Assembly: GCA_963761305.1 (NCBI GenBank)
Contig: CAVXGK010000002.1
Coordinates: 192,001-256,000, forward strand
DNA length: 64,000 nt
Source of the DNA: an uncultured Gemmatimonadaceae bacterium
GTDB lineage: Bacteria > Gemmatimonadota > Gemmatimonadetes > Gemmatimonadales > Gemmatimonadaceae
Direction: 5' to 3'
Below, in pieces: positions 20,553 to 29,948 of this stretch (the stretch's first letter is position 1; each line of letters opens with the position of its first letter). The position numbers were made by a program, and so were the translations under genes. Under the pieces are notes generated by a model, which was not told the origin of the DNA, made no database searches, and saw only the letters and a list, made by a program, of their open reading frames with translations.

Positions 20553-20990
20553 TCAAATCTTTCGGAGCTCCACAATTGGATCGACTCGTGTTGCGCGGCG
20601 AGCGGGGATGATGCAGGCCAGCAGAGCAAAAACCGCGAGCAGCGCGGCGGAGGCGGCGAATACTCGGGGATCGGTCGCACTGGTCTGAAATAGCGCCGAT
20701 TGCAGCGCCCGAGTGAGGGCGAGGGATCCAGCGAGGCCCGCGATTACCCCGCCGAGTGCGAGCAGCGCACCGCGACGTAAAACGAGACCGACCATGTCGC
20801 CCGGTTGGGCACCGAGCGCCAGTCTGATCGCGAGTTCCCGCGTGCGCTCGGCGACCGAGTACGCGAGCATTCTGTACGCACCCACGGCGGCCAGCACCCT
20901 GGCCAGGAGCGAGAACGTGGCGATGAGGTGCGTTTGGAAAAGCGGCTGCGCGAGTTCCGTTGCCACCAGGGCGGGCAGCGGCGAGAGAAT
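20553..20990 (-). pseudogene. C-terminal FtsX fragment of a third ADOP permease
   Basis: LAYSVAERTRELAIRLALGA...IPARRATRVDP, with no N-terminal domains. Confidence 0.7.
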
Positions 20991-21037
20991 TACGCGCGTT
21001 ACGCGCACCATCGATGCCGCCGGGAATCGCTGTGCGA

Positions 21038-22311
21038 TCAACTGTGCCGCGCGACGATTACCGCGATCGCGAGCGCCGGCGGGAGGGCGAGAGCGATGAT
21101 CGGGAGGTTGGCCTGTCCCGACAGGCCAACCAGATGTGCGACAAGCGCCATGACGCTCACCGTCACCGCCGCCGTGCACACGAGGCGTGTGGGTCGCACG
21201 GCTTTACGCGACCAGACGAACATGGGCAGGAGCACGACGAGAACGAGCCAGAGCGGATTGAAGAGCATGAGATTCTCGTTGCCATGCGCCATGACGTGGT
21301 TGGTGACCGACCAGAGCAGTGTGAGTACCACGCCCAACAAACCGGCGACGAGCGCCCAGAGCCCGAGGAGCGTCGCCGTTATGCCGCGGATCCACGGAGT
21401 GTCTTTCGTGGACGCCGCGGCGAGGCAGAGCAGGAGAATCGCGAATGCGCAGCCCGCGATCCCGAGTTTGACGCCGAGCTTTGGCGGCCTGTCAGGCTCG
21501 GGGCCCCGCGTCGATGGGAAAAGAACGCGCTCGCTTTTCACGAGGGGTCGAGCACCGGTCGGCGAATCGAGGTGCGCCCCTGCGATGTAGTCGTGCAGCT
21601 GTCGCGGGAGGAACATTTCATCCCACACGGAGATCGGGCGATCGGCCGGCAGTCCCAGGGCAATATCGACGCCGAGCATCGTCCAGACGCTGCCCTGCAT
21701 GAGGCGCAGCGTGTGCCATCTATAGGTCGTGCCTCTCCGGTGGCTCGCGTCCGAGAACAGCCTACCTCCGAGCGCGCGGTCGAAGATGTCGCGAATGCGT
21801 GTCGAGCAATTGTCTCGAAAGTCGTCGTACAGGTAATTCACGTCTCGGGGCGCGCGTTGGTGCGGATGGCGGCGAGGATCGCTTCCTTTTGCTCGGTCGT
21901 GAGATCCAGCTCCTGCGCCAGCACCGTGCGATCCCAGTAGCGGTACTCGAGGAGGATCTTTTCCATCGAATCCCCACCCATCGAGTACAGCCGGTTGCCC
22001 TTGAGATATCGCTGAAGAAAGTGCGGCTGCCGGAAGTCGAACACGCCCCAGTTGAACACCGTGTCGCGCGACGTGAGGTTGTCGTGAATCCAGATCGCAC
22101 TGTGACCGAACAACTCCCAAACGCGCTCGCCGTTTCCCATGGTGAGCAGCGAAATCGTCACGTTCGCGCCGTTCTCGTGGAGCGCGTCGGGTGCGATGAG
22201 CGGCGCGTTAGGGGCTGGAACACCCGCTTGGCCCGCGCCCGGGCGGGCGACGAGAACGAACGCCGCGACGGCGGCGTACAGCGAGCGGCGGAGCCCCTCG
22301 GACATCGACAA
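21038..22311 (-). CDS. DUF4105/Lnb-like membrane protein, frameshift near 21843
   Basis: ISLLTMG-G---WELFGHSAI, FNWGVFDF, YLYDDFRDNCSTRIRD, C-terminal TM helices. Confidence 0.75.
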
Positions 22312-22650
22312 GAAACTAGCGGTTGCTTCACTCAGGGAAGCGTCCGCAGCCGATGACGAATTGTCGCGGATGGATTAAAATCCTCGGCGGGATGGGAGCG
22401 CGAGCTTGGCCGTAATCATGGACGTTTCGTAGCCGCACATCGCGCGTCGACAATCTCTCGAACGCGCTCGTACACGCCAGCCCGCCGTAATTCCTCGATC
22501 GGGACGTATAGGCGCGGCCCGCGCCACGGCCGCACGAGCAGAAAACCGTTCGTCTCTAAGCCGTTGAACACGTTAGACCCAACACCTGATAGAAGCGCGC
22601 CCAAAAGGCTTTATCCCCGACGAAGCACTCGACCGCGACCGGGTGCTCCT

Positions 22651-23625
22651 TCAGGACACCGCGGTCAAGGATGCTGGGTAAGACAAGTCCACGCCGGAGA
22701 CACTGACGACGGCCTGCCACGCGGCTTCCTGGTTGGCGCGATCGTGAAGGTGCGGGTGACGCATCGCCTCAATTGGGCCCGTGAGCTTCTTCGGCGCCGA
22801 GGCGAAGAATTGCCCTGAGACGTCGGTTCCGAACGTCGATGCCTGGAGATACCGACGGGCTGCAGTCTCAGGAGTGTGAGACATGCCGGGGATGAGTTTC
22901 GTCAGCGGAATCAACAGCCACTTCGTGGCCGGGCCAGCGTTACGCACCGCATTGGTGCTGGGGGCGGCACCGGGCGAGACGGCGAATACGGCCATGCCGG
23001 TGGGTAGCCGGCGAGCCAGTGCAGCGGCCCACCAGGCGACGAGAAGCTTCGCATCCGCGAACGCCCGGTTTGGCTGGTACTTCACGTTCGGCCCGCTACG
23101 CAACAGGGCTTCCACAGCAGCGGTTCGGTCACCCTGGTAGTATTTGGCCGCGAAGGCCGCTACATCGGTGAAGCTGAACAAGGGTACGTCGCCTCGGGCA
23201 GCTTCCGAGCTGGCGATAACAATCCGCGCGTTTGGGCTCAACAGGTTGGCGCGGAGCAATCCGACAGTCAGTTGATGATGGCCGATGAGCGGGGCCTCAG
23301 ACACCTCGATGCCCGCCGGGGTGAGCACGAGCTCCTTACGTCCCATGATTCCTGCATTGAGCAGTAGGAAATCGACCCGCCGACCTCGCTTGACGAGTTC
23401 GGCGAGGACGGACTGAACGCTGGACAGTGTGTCCAGCTCCAGCTCCAGCGGCGTGAAGACCTGTGTCTTGGTCTCAGCCGCGAGTTGAGCGGCCGTTTTC
23501 TGGACGCGGGCCAGGCTGCGCCCGGTGACGATGATCTCGCGCCAGCCCTCTCCGGCAAGAGTGCGGGCTGCCGCATAACCGAGCCCGGAGGTGGTGCCGG
23601 TGACGAGCGCCATCGAATGTTCCAT
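22651..23625 (-). CDS. Short-chain dehydrogenase/reductase
   Basis: LVTGTTSGLG, LLNAG, VSPG; catalytic YxxxK appears as FADAK, so it may be atypical. Confidence 0.8.
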   Translation of the reverse strand: MEHSMALVTGTTSGLGYAAARTLAGEGWREIIVTGRSLARVQKTAAQLAAETKTQVFTPLELELDTLSSVQSVLAELVKRGRRVDFLLLNAGIMGRKELVLTPAGIEVSEAPLIGHHQLTVGLLRANLLSPNARIVIASSEAARGDVPLFSFTDVAAFAAKYYQGDRTAAVEALLRSGPNVKYQPNRAFADAKLLVAWWAAALARRLPTGMAVFAVSPGAAPSTNAVRNAGPATKWLLIPLTKLIPGMSHTPETAARRYLQASTFGTDVSGQFFASAPKKLTGPIEAMRHPHLHDRANQEAAWQAVVSVSGVDLSYPASLTAVS

Positions 23626-23741
23626 GGGCGTCTTCGTGGTGAAGGGTGAGGGCCGAGTCGTGAGGCCCCGCGAGGCCAGAGCAGGCTTGGTAATTTCGAA
23701 CTATTCAGTTATATATTGGTTCGATGACCATTGTCAATGAG

Positions 23742-23763
23742 TTTTGAACCAAATGATTCAAAA
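23742..23763. promoter_or_regulatory. Putative TetR operator in the AT-rich divergent promoter region
   Basis: TTTTGAA-N8-TTCAAAA overlapping the tetR start. Confidence 0.55.
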
Positions 23764-24373
23764 TACCGCTAGGCCACGGGGTCGACCGCGCAGCTTCGAC
23801 GAGACGGGGGCGCTGGAAAAGGCGACTCAGGTGTTCTGGTCGAAAGGCTACGACGGAGTGACGATTGACGATCTCGTCGCCGGGATGGGTGTGGGACGGC
23901 CGAGCCTGTATGCCGTCTTTGGCGACAAGCGGGCGATATTCTTGCGCGTCCTTAGGGCGTACGCAGAACGGAAGGGCGCATCAGCCGCGAAGGCACTCCT
24001 CTCGCCACAGGGTCTTCGCGACTCGATCGCGGGCTTTCTGAGGTACGCCGTCGAGAGTGCGACCGAGAAACGGTCCGCCCGGGGCTGCCTTCTGGTGTGC
24101 GTCGCGCCGCTTGTGAACGACGCTGAGGTTCAGCGGTTCCTGCAGAGCACGGTCGCGGACGGCGCGGCGCTGGTGAAGCGCCGTTTCCGGGACGGGATCT
24201 CTGTGGGAGACATCCCGCCTGACTTTCCGGTGGCCGTGCGCGCGATCCAACTCACGGATTTTGCTCGTGGCCTGACCATGCGTGCGCGGATAGGCACGCC
24301 GCGCAAGACGCTCCTCAAAGATGCTGAGGAAGCGGCCGACTTGGTGCTCCTGCCGCGGCGCGATAACCGTTGA
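23753..24373 (+). CDS. TetR/AcrR-family regulator, divergent from the SDR
   Basis: RGRPRSFD, FWSKGY, IDDLV-GMGV-RPSLYAVFGDK, GCLLV. Confidence 0.9.
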   Translation: MIQNTARPRGRPRSFDETGALEKATQVFWSKGYDGVTIDDLVAGMGVGRPSLYAVFGDKRAIFLRVLRAYAERKGASAAKALLSPQGLRDSIAGFLRYAVESATEKRSARGCLLVCVAPLVNDAEVQRFLQSTVADGAALVKRRFRDGISVGDIPPDFPVAVRAIQLTDFARGLTMRARIGTPRKTLLKDAEEAADLVLLPRRDNR

Positions 24374-24404
24374 CCGCCCCGGCCCCGATGCTAGGCTGCG
24401 TTGC
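24364..24404 (+). promoter_or_regulatory. Putative leaderless promoter (copy 2)
   Basis: TAACCG-TTGACC-N16-TAGGCT-N7-ATG. Confidence 0.6.
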
Positions 24405-24770
24405 ATGGAGCCCGAGTTCGCTGACTACGAAATTGCGCAGTTCGTGATCCCGCGTCGCGCGTTCGCGGCAATCAACGCTGCGGCGATTGAGGAACAAGCG
24501 CGCGCTGACGGGATTGAGCGTCCACGCATCGAGGCCAACACGCGCCACGCGGGCGGCAACAATGTCCGACTGACAACGCGCGTGGTGATGGCTCGACGAA
24601 TCGTCGAGGCGATCGAAGCGGCGACACAGTTCGCAGAACGACGCGGCGACGTTGCGATGGTTGCGGACTTGGAGATCGCTCTAGCCACCGCACTCAAGGG
24701 CATCGATCAGGCGAGGAGTCGCATCGACACGCGGCCGCCGATGGGCGATACGGGATACCTCGGCGCGTAG
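24405..24770 (+). CDS. Uncharacterised 121-aa protein, paralog B
   Basis: Homologous to 14052-14417; same length and same promoter geometry. Confidence 0.75.
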   Translation: MEPEFADYEIAQFVIPRRAFAAINAAAIEEQARADGIERPRIEANTRHAGGNNVRLTTRVVMARRIVEAIEAATQFAERRGDVAMVADLEIALATALKGIDQARSRIDTRPPMGDTGYLGA

Positions 24771-24987
24771 CCGCGTCACGGCGAAGGTGCCTGATGCTCT
24801 CTTGACGCGCCGTTCGAGAGCCCTCGACGTCGACGCGATCGTCGAAGCTGCGCGAGCTGCCGACGATACCCAGCTGCTCTCCGCGTGCTCGGAGCCCGCC
24901 GAAACGCCGTTTCGCGATCTAGCACGAGGCACTCAAGCCGGACGGCATCGGATCGCCCCGCTCCTTAGCCTCGGCCCGAAACACCGA

Positions 24988-27900
24988 CTAGAACACGACC
25001 GCCGGCAGCGACCCGTCGATCGTCTTGAGGCCTCGCGATCGCAACAGGGCGTTGAACTTGCCGAGATCGGTGCCGAGCAGGCCTTGCAACGCCGTGTGAG
25101 TGTCGCGCACTTGTTTCGCGAGCACCTGCGTGACCTGCTGCTGTTGGCCCGTGGGCGCGAAATCCGACGCCGCGATGCCCCCGGCGAGGTAGTTGAGTTG
25201 GGCACCAATCCTGGCCGGGTACCGCACCTCGTCCTGCCCGCGCCCCGTCATGCGCAAGTCGAGCAAGCTGCCTTCAACACTCATGAACTTTTGGGACAGC
25301 GAATCGCCCCGCAAGCGTACATCGACCATCGACGTGTTGCCTTTGATCTGCGCCGCGAGGGAGTCCATTTGCGCCCGGACACTCTCGATCGTGAGCAGCA
25401 TGTCGGCGCTGGTGTTCATATCGGTTTGCACCTTCTTGAGCAGCTCGGTCGACGCGCCGATATCGAGCGCGGTCTCCAGCTCGCTCGGATCCTTCAATAC
25501 TTCGAGCGGTTGTGTTGCCGTCGTGCCGGCGGCGGTGAGGCGCACCGTGTAGTGACCCGGCGGCATCAGCACGGATAGCGTACCGAACCCGGGAGCTGGA
25601 CGCGTGCCATCGGCGTCCATCGTGAACTCGGCGTCGTCGACCGGTTTCGTGCGCATGCGCGCCGTCTTCGACGGCTCGTTGCTCAAATCCCAGTGCACGC
25701 GATTCAATCCAGCGCGCGTGGTCCCTTGGAGAGTGCGCACCGTCTTCCCGGCCGCGTCGAGGATCGCAATGCTTGCGGTGCCGCCCGGCGACGACAACCA
25801 GTAGTTGATATCCGCGCCGTATTGCGGATTTACGCCCGCTGTCGGATCGTCATTCGGCGCGACGTTCGCTTCGATCTCGAGGAACCGATACGCCGCGCGC
25901 GGCGCGAATAGGGTCGCCGCCGACGCGGTCACGTGCGGCGTGAGCTTCTGTAGCGGCGAGAGGTCGTCGAGGATGTAGAAGCCCCGCCCGTACGTCGCGA
26001 CGACGAGATCGTTGAAATGCTCCTGGATGACGAGTCCGTACACCGGGGCGCGCGGCATCCCCAACTGCATCGCCTGCCAGTGGTCGCCGTCGTCGAACGA
26101 CATGTACAATCCGCCTTCGGTGCCAAGGTAGAGGAGACCGCGCCGAACAGGGTCCTCTCGGACTATGTGCGCATAGCTCACGACGCTATGCGGAATCCCG
26201 GTGACGATCAGCTTCCACGTCTTCCCGAAATCCTTGGTGCGGTAGACCCATGGCTCGCGGTTGTTCTCTTGATGGCCGTCGACGATGATGTAGGCCGTGC
26301 CCGCGTCGTACTTCGACGGCTCGATGTGGCGCACCGATCCCCACGGTAGAATCCCCGGCACGTTTGCCGTGACGTTCGTCCACGTCTTGCCTGCATCGCG
26401 CGTGACCTGTACGAGGCCGTCATTCGTGCCGGCCCAGATGACGCCTGCTTGCGCGCGCGACTCGGCAATCGCGTAAACGACGTCCCCGTACTCCACGCCG
26501 ATGTTGTCCGGCGTGAGACCGCCCGAACTTTGTTGCTTCGTCTTGTCGTTCCGCGTGAGGTCCGGACTGATCACACGCCAACTCCGTCCGCCGTCCTTCG
26601 ACATGTGGACGAACTGACTGCCCGTGTAGATGGTGTTGTGATCGTGAGGCGAGATCGTAAACGGAGCGTCCCACACGAAGCGATACTCGACGTCTGCCGC
26701 GGCATGTCCACCGGTGCTCAACGGCCACACCTCGACATTCTGTCCCGTGCGAGTGCGTTCGTCGAACCGGACGACGATGCCGCCTCGGCTCCCAGACCCC
26801 GACGCGGTCGACCAGATGACGTTTGGGTCGACCGGATCTGGTGTCGCCCAACCGCTCTCGCCTCCTTGCACGGCGTGCCATTCGCTGCGCGAGATCGTTG
26901 CGCCGCCACGGCTGTTGCTCGGGCCTCGATACGACGGACCGTCCTGCTTATTGCCGTATACATAGTAGGGCACCCGATTGTCGACGGTGGCGTGATAGAT
27001 CTGTGCGATCGGGAGATTCACGTGCAGCCAGGTACGGCCGCGCGTCGTAGAGATGTGCACGCCGGCGTCGTTCCCGACGACCATGCGCGACGGATTCGTC
27101 GGATCGATCCACATGTCGTGGTTGTCTCCGCCTGGCGCCGTGAACGCCGGAGTTGGCGGCGCGCCTCGGCCGCCTTCCGCCGTCGGCGCGGCGCCACCGC
27201 GGCCGCGGCCTCCACCGACGCCGCGACCGTTCGCCGTGAGCGTGGCACCGCCGTCCAACGAGTGGTTGAACGTCGCGCACAGGAAATAGGTTTCGTCCGG
27301 ATTGTCCGGCGCGACGGCGACACGCGTGTAGTACGGTTGACGGCACGCCAGGTCGCGGTCGAAGCTGACCACGTGCCAGTTCACGCCGCCGTCCTCCGAA
27401 CGCCACAACTCACCGTTGTCCGTCGGCCGGCCGTGGAGCGGATTGCCGTCGCCTGTTTCGATGAGCGCGTATACTCGGTTGGGATTCGACCGTGAGATGG
27501 CGAGGCCGATCTTCCCGAGCTCGTGCGTCGGCAGCCCGTTCCCCTCGAGCTTCTTCCATGTGTCGCCGCCGTCGTGGGTGACGTAGATGCCGCTCCCCAT
27601 GCCGCCGCTCTCGCGTCCCCAGGTGTGAAGCTCGAGCTGCCACGTCGCGGCGAAGAGGGTTTTCGAGTCCGTCGGGTGCATCACGACGTCGATTGCGCCG
27701 GTGTTGGCGTCGACGAACAACACGCGCTTCCACGTCTGCCCGCCATCGGTCGTGCGGTACACGCCACGTTCCTCTTCCGGTCCGTAGCTGTGTCCCTGCG
27801 CGGCGACGTACACGATGTCCGGATTCGCCGGATCGATGACGATGCGCCCGGTGCGGCTCGCCGAGTCGGGTCCGGAGTGCGTCCACGTGCGCCCGGCGTC

Positions 27901-28305
27901 GACGGACTTGTAGAGACCGTTGCCGATCGAGATGTGCGATCGGATCCACGGTTCACCCGTGCCGGCCCACACGATGTTCGGGCTTGACGGGGCAACAGCG
28001 AGCGCGCCGATCGACGAGATGGTTTGGTCGTCGAAAATGGGGGACCAGTGGATGCCTGCGTCAGTGGTTTTCCAGATTCCGCCCGAGGCCGCGCCCGCGT
28101 AGTAGGTATTCGCATCGCCGGCGATTCCGGCGACCGCGGCGACGCGATTCCCGACCGGACCGATGTAGCGGAATCGTAGTGCCCCTAGCGAGGCAGAACT
28201 TGCCAGGTCGACCGACGGCGCTTGCGAACGAGCGGTCTCAGTCGCGAGCGTCGAGACCGCGACAAACGTCAGACGGACGAACGCGTTTCGCGTGAGCTTC
28301 GGCAT
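24988..28305 (-). CDS. Secreted VPS10/sortilin-like BNR-repeat glycosyl hydrolase
   Basis: Signal peptide, FRYIGP-GNRV, many S-D-G-TW (BNR) repeats, C-terminal helical region. Confidence 0.85.
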   Translation of the reverse strand: MPKLTRNAFVRLTFVAVSTLATETARSQAPSVDLASSASLGALRFRYIGPVGNRVAAVAGIAGDANTYYAGAASGGIWKTTDAGIHWSPIFDDQTISSIGALAVAPSSPNIVWAGTGEPWIRSHISIGNGLYKSVDAGRTWTHSGPDSASRTGRIVIDPANPDIVYVAAQGHSYGPEEERGVYRTTDGGQTWKRVLFVDANTGAIDVVMHPTDSKTLFAATWQLELHTWGRESGGMGSGIYVTHDGGDTWKKLEGNGLPTHELGKIGLAISRSNPNRVYALIETGDGNPLHGRPTDNGELWRSEDGGVNWHVVSFDRDLACRQPYYTRVAVAPDNPDETYFLCATFNHSLDGGATLTANGRGVGGGRGRGGAAPTAEGGRGAPPTPAFTAPGGDNHDMWIDPTNPSRMVVGNDAGVHISTTRGRTWLHVNLPIAQIYHATVDNRVPYYVYGNKQDGPSYRGPSNSRGGATISRSEWHAVQGGESGWATPDPVDPNVIWSTASGSGSRGGIVVRFDERTRTGQNVEVWPLSTGGHAAADVEYRFVWDAPFTISPHDHNTIYTGSQFVHMSKDGGRSWRVISPDLTRNDKTKQQSSGGLTPDNIGVEYGDVVYAIAESRAQAGVIWAGTNDGLVQVTRDAGKTWTNVTANVPGILPWGSVRHIEPSKYDAGTAYIIVDGHQENNREPWVYRTKDFGKTWKLIVTGIPHSVVSYAHIVREDPVRRGLLYLGTEGGLYMSFDDGDHWQAMQLGMPRAPVYGLVIQEHFNDLVVATYGRGFYILDDLSPLQKLTPHVTASAATLFAPRAAYRFLEIEANVAPNDDPTAGVNPQYGADINYWLSSPGGTASIAILDAAGKTVRTLQGTTRAGLNRVHWDLSNEPSKTARMRTKPVDDAEFTMDADGTRPAPGFGTLSVLMPPGHYTVRLTAAGTTATQPLEVLKDPSELETALDIGASTELLKKVQTDMNTSADMLLTIESVRAQMDSLAAQIKGNTSMVDVRLRGDSLSQKFMSVEGSLLDLRMTGRGQDEVRYPARIGAQLNYLAGGIAASDFAPTGQQQQVTQVLAKQVRDTHTALQGLLGTDLGKFNALLRSRGLKTIDGSLPAVVF

Positions 28306-28369
28306 TCTGCGATCCTCGGTAGACGGTGACACCGACGAAGATCTCGCCCGCCGCCGCGCGCGCAAGAGT

Positions 28370-28516
28370 CTAGGATTGTGTGGCAGCTGGGAGTCCCGCA
28401 TTTGATGCTTGGCAAGGCACCGCACGAGCACGGACCCAGTTCGCCATCACGAACGCGTCGGCCCTGTCCGGCGACCGGCCGAGACGCGCGCGAATCTCAT
28501 CCTTCGCCTCGAGCTC
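28370..28516 (-). pseudogene. Phage terminase large subunit C-terminal remnant
   Basis: ELEAKDEIRARLGRSPDRADAFVMANW resembles the E-K----RLGRSPD-AD terminase motif; truncated upstream by the IS fragment. Confidence 0.55.
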
Positions 28517-28517
28517 G

Positions 28518-28707
28518 GCGTGCGAGCACGGCGTCACCCTCCAATTCATTCGGCCCGGCCAGCCGTTGAAAATGCCTACTGCGAAAGCTTCAATGGCAAG
28601 CTGCGGGACGAATACTTGAATGCGAACTGGTTCCCGACTATCGCCGAGGCGCAACGCGCGATCGAGGCGTGGCGCATCGAGTACAACGAAGAGCGGCCAC
28701 ACAAAGC
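28518..28707 (+). mobile_element. IS3-family transposase (OrfB/rve) fragment, frameshifted
   Basis: HGVTLQFIRPG-P / ENAYCESFNGKLRDEYLNANWF...EAWRIEYNEERPH. Confidence 0.85.
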
Positions 28708-28812
28708 CTGGGCGTCGACCCCCGGGGTGCCACGGCAGCGTGTTTGGGTGGCTGCTTGCGTCTTTCTGAATAACGTTGGGCAGACGCGTGGACCGTAGCA
28801 CTGGCGCGGCTG

Positions 28813-29322
28813 CTACTCCATTAGCCAATCACCCGGCAAATCGAGCATCTGAACCACACTTCCGCGCTCGTGATCCACCCGCCGAAGAGTGCGGACGTCG
28901 TCACCGCGCTTGAACACCATGTCCGGTTCGTCTCCTGCGAACCACCCGACCGTGGACGCGGGCATCTGCGTCCATCCGTCGGCGAGACACGCCGAGACGA
29001 GCGCCGCGACCACGAGTCGGGAACGCAGATGGCCAGCTCGGCCAGGTGAAAGCGCGTGACCAGGCGACGCCGTCCAACTTGGACCGGTTCGCCAAAAACG
29101 GTAAACCTCGGGATAGGTCCGCGGTCGCACGGGTGACGCGGCGAATTCGGTGACGATGTCGCGAGGAGGCCCGTTGCCGACAGTTTGTGCCGCGTGGTAC
29201 GTAGGGATCGCGGCGGCTGCGCGTCCTCGTACTCGGTCAGACGGTCGAGCCTTCTTCGTGTGTCCGAGCTGCGAATCAGTCGAGAGGGACCATCGTCGAG
29301 AGTCTCGTATACGAACGACATG
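28813..29322 (-). pseudogene. Possible broken hypothetical gene
   Basis: Protein-like N-terminus in one frame and C-terminus in another; family not recognised. Confidence 0.25.
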
Positions 29323-29507
29323 TCGTAACTCTCGCGTTCCTGATCCTCGCTCGCTTGCATCGTCCATATGGCTCTCTCGGGCTGCTCCTTATGAGAGAAT
29401 CTACAACCAGTCCTCTGCGCGGCGCGATGGTGCGCGAGATACGTGCCCGAGCCCGCCTAAGGTCTTCCGCTCGACAAGCACAAGCCGCGGCACTCCGAAA
29501 GTCTTAG

Positions 29508-29551
29508 TTGACAACAGGGCAACGCCGTGTATCAACTCCGAAGCTTCGGAG
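29508..29551 (+). promoter_or_regulatory. blaI-like promoter with a palindromic operator
   Basis: TTGACA-N16-TATCAA followed directly by the perfect palindrome CTCCGAAGCTTCGGAG; a related half site ACTCCGAA lies at 29492. Confidence 0.65.
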
Positions 29552-29556
29552 ATGAC

Positions 29557-29920
29557 ATGGCCGCCTTTACTGTACGCGAGCTCGACATCATGGTCGTGCT
29601 CTGGGAACACGTCCCCTCGACCGTCGCCGAGGTCCGCGCGAAGCTCGAGGACCGCTCAGCCACAACACGGTGGCAACGTCGTCATGAACCTCAGAACAAA
29701 GACCAGGTCGACCAGTCGAGGAGGGCCGCGCATTCCGGTATCGGGCGAGCGTCGGGCGTGAGGAGGCCGCGCGGAGCGCGTTGTCACGAATCGCCGACAC
29801 GCTGTTCGGCGGCTCGGCCGAGCCGCTGGTGAACCACGTCGTGCGAGACGGCGGTTGTCGCCGAGCGAGCTGGCTCGATCCGAGCGGTGCTCGACGAGCG
29901 GATCGAGGAAAACAAAACGC
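29557..29920 (+). pseudogene. BlaI/MecI/CopY-family repressor, degraded
   Basis: FT-RELDIM-VLWEH---TVAEVR; downstream SALSRIADTLFGGSAEPLV is in another frame. Confidence 0.7.
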
Positions 29921-29948
29921 GCCGTCCGGCCAAACGAGGAAAGCGCCC

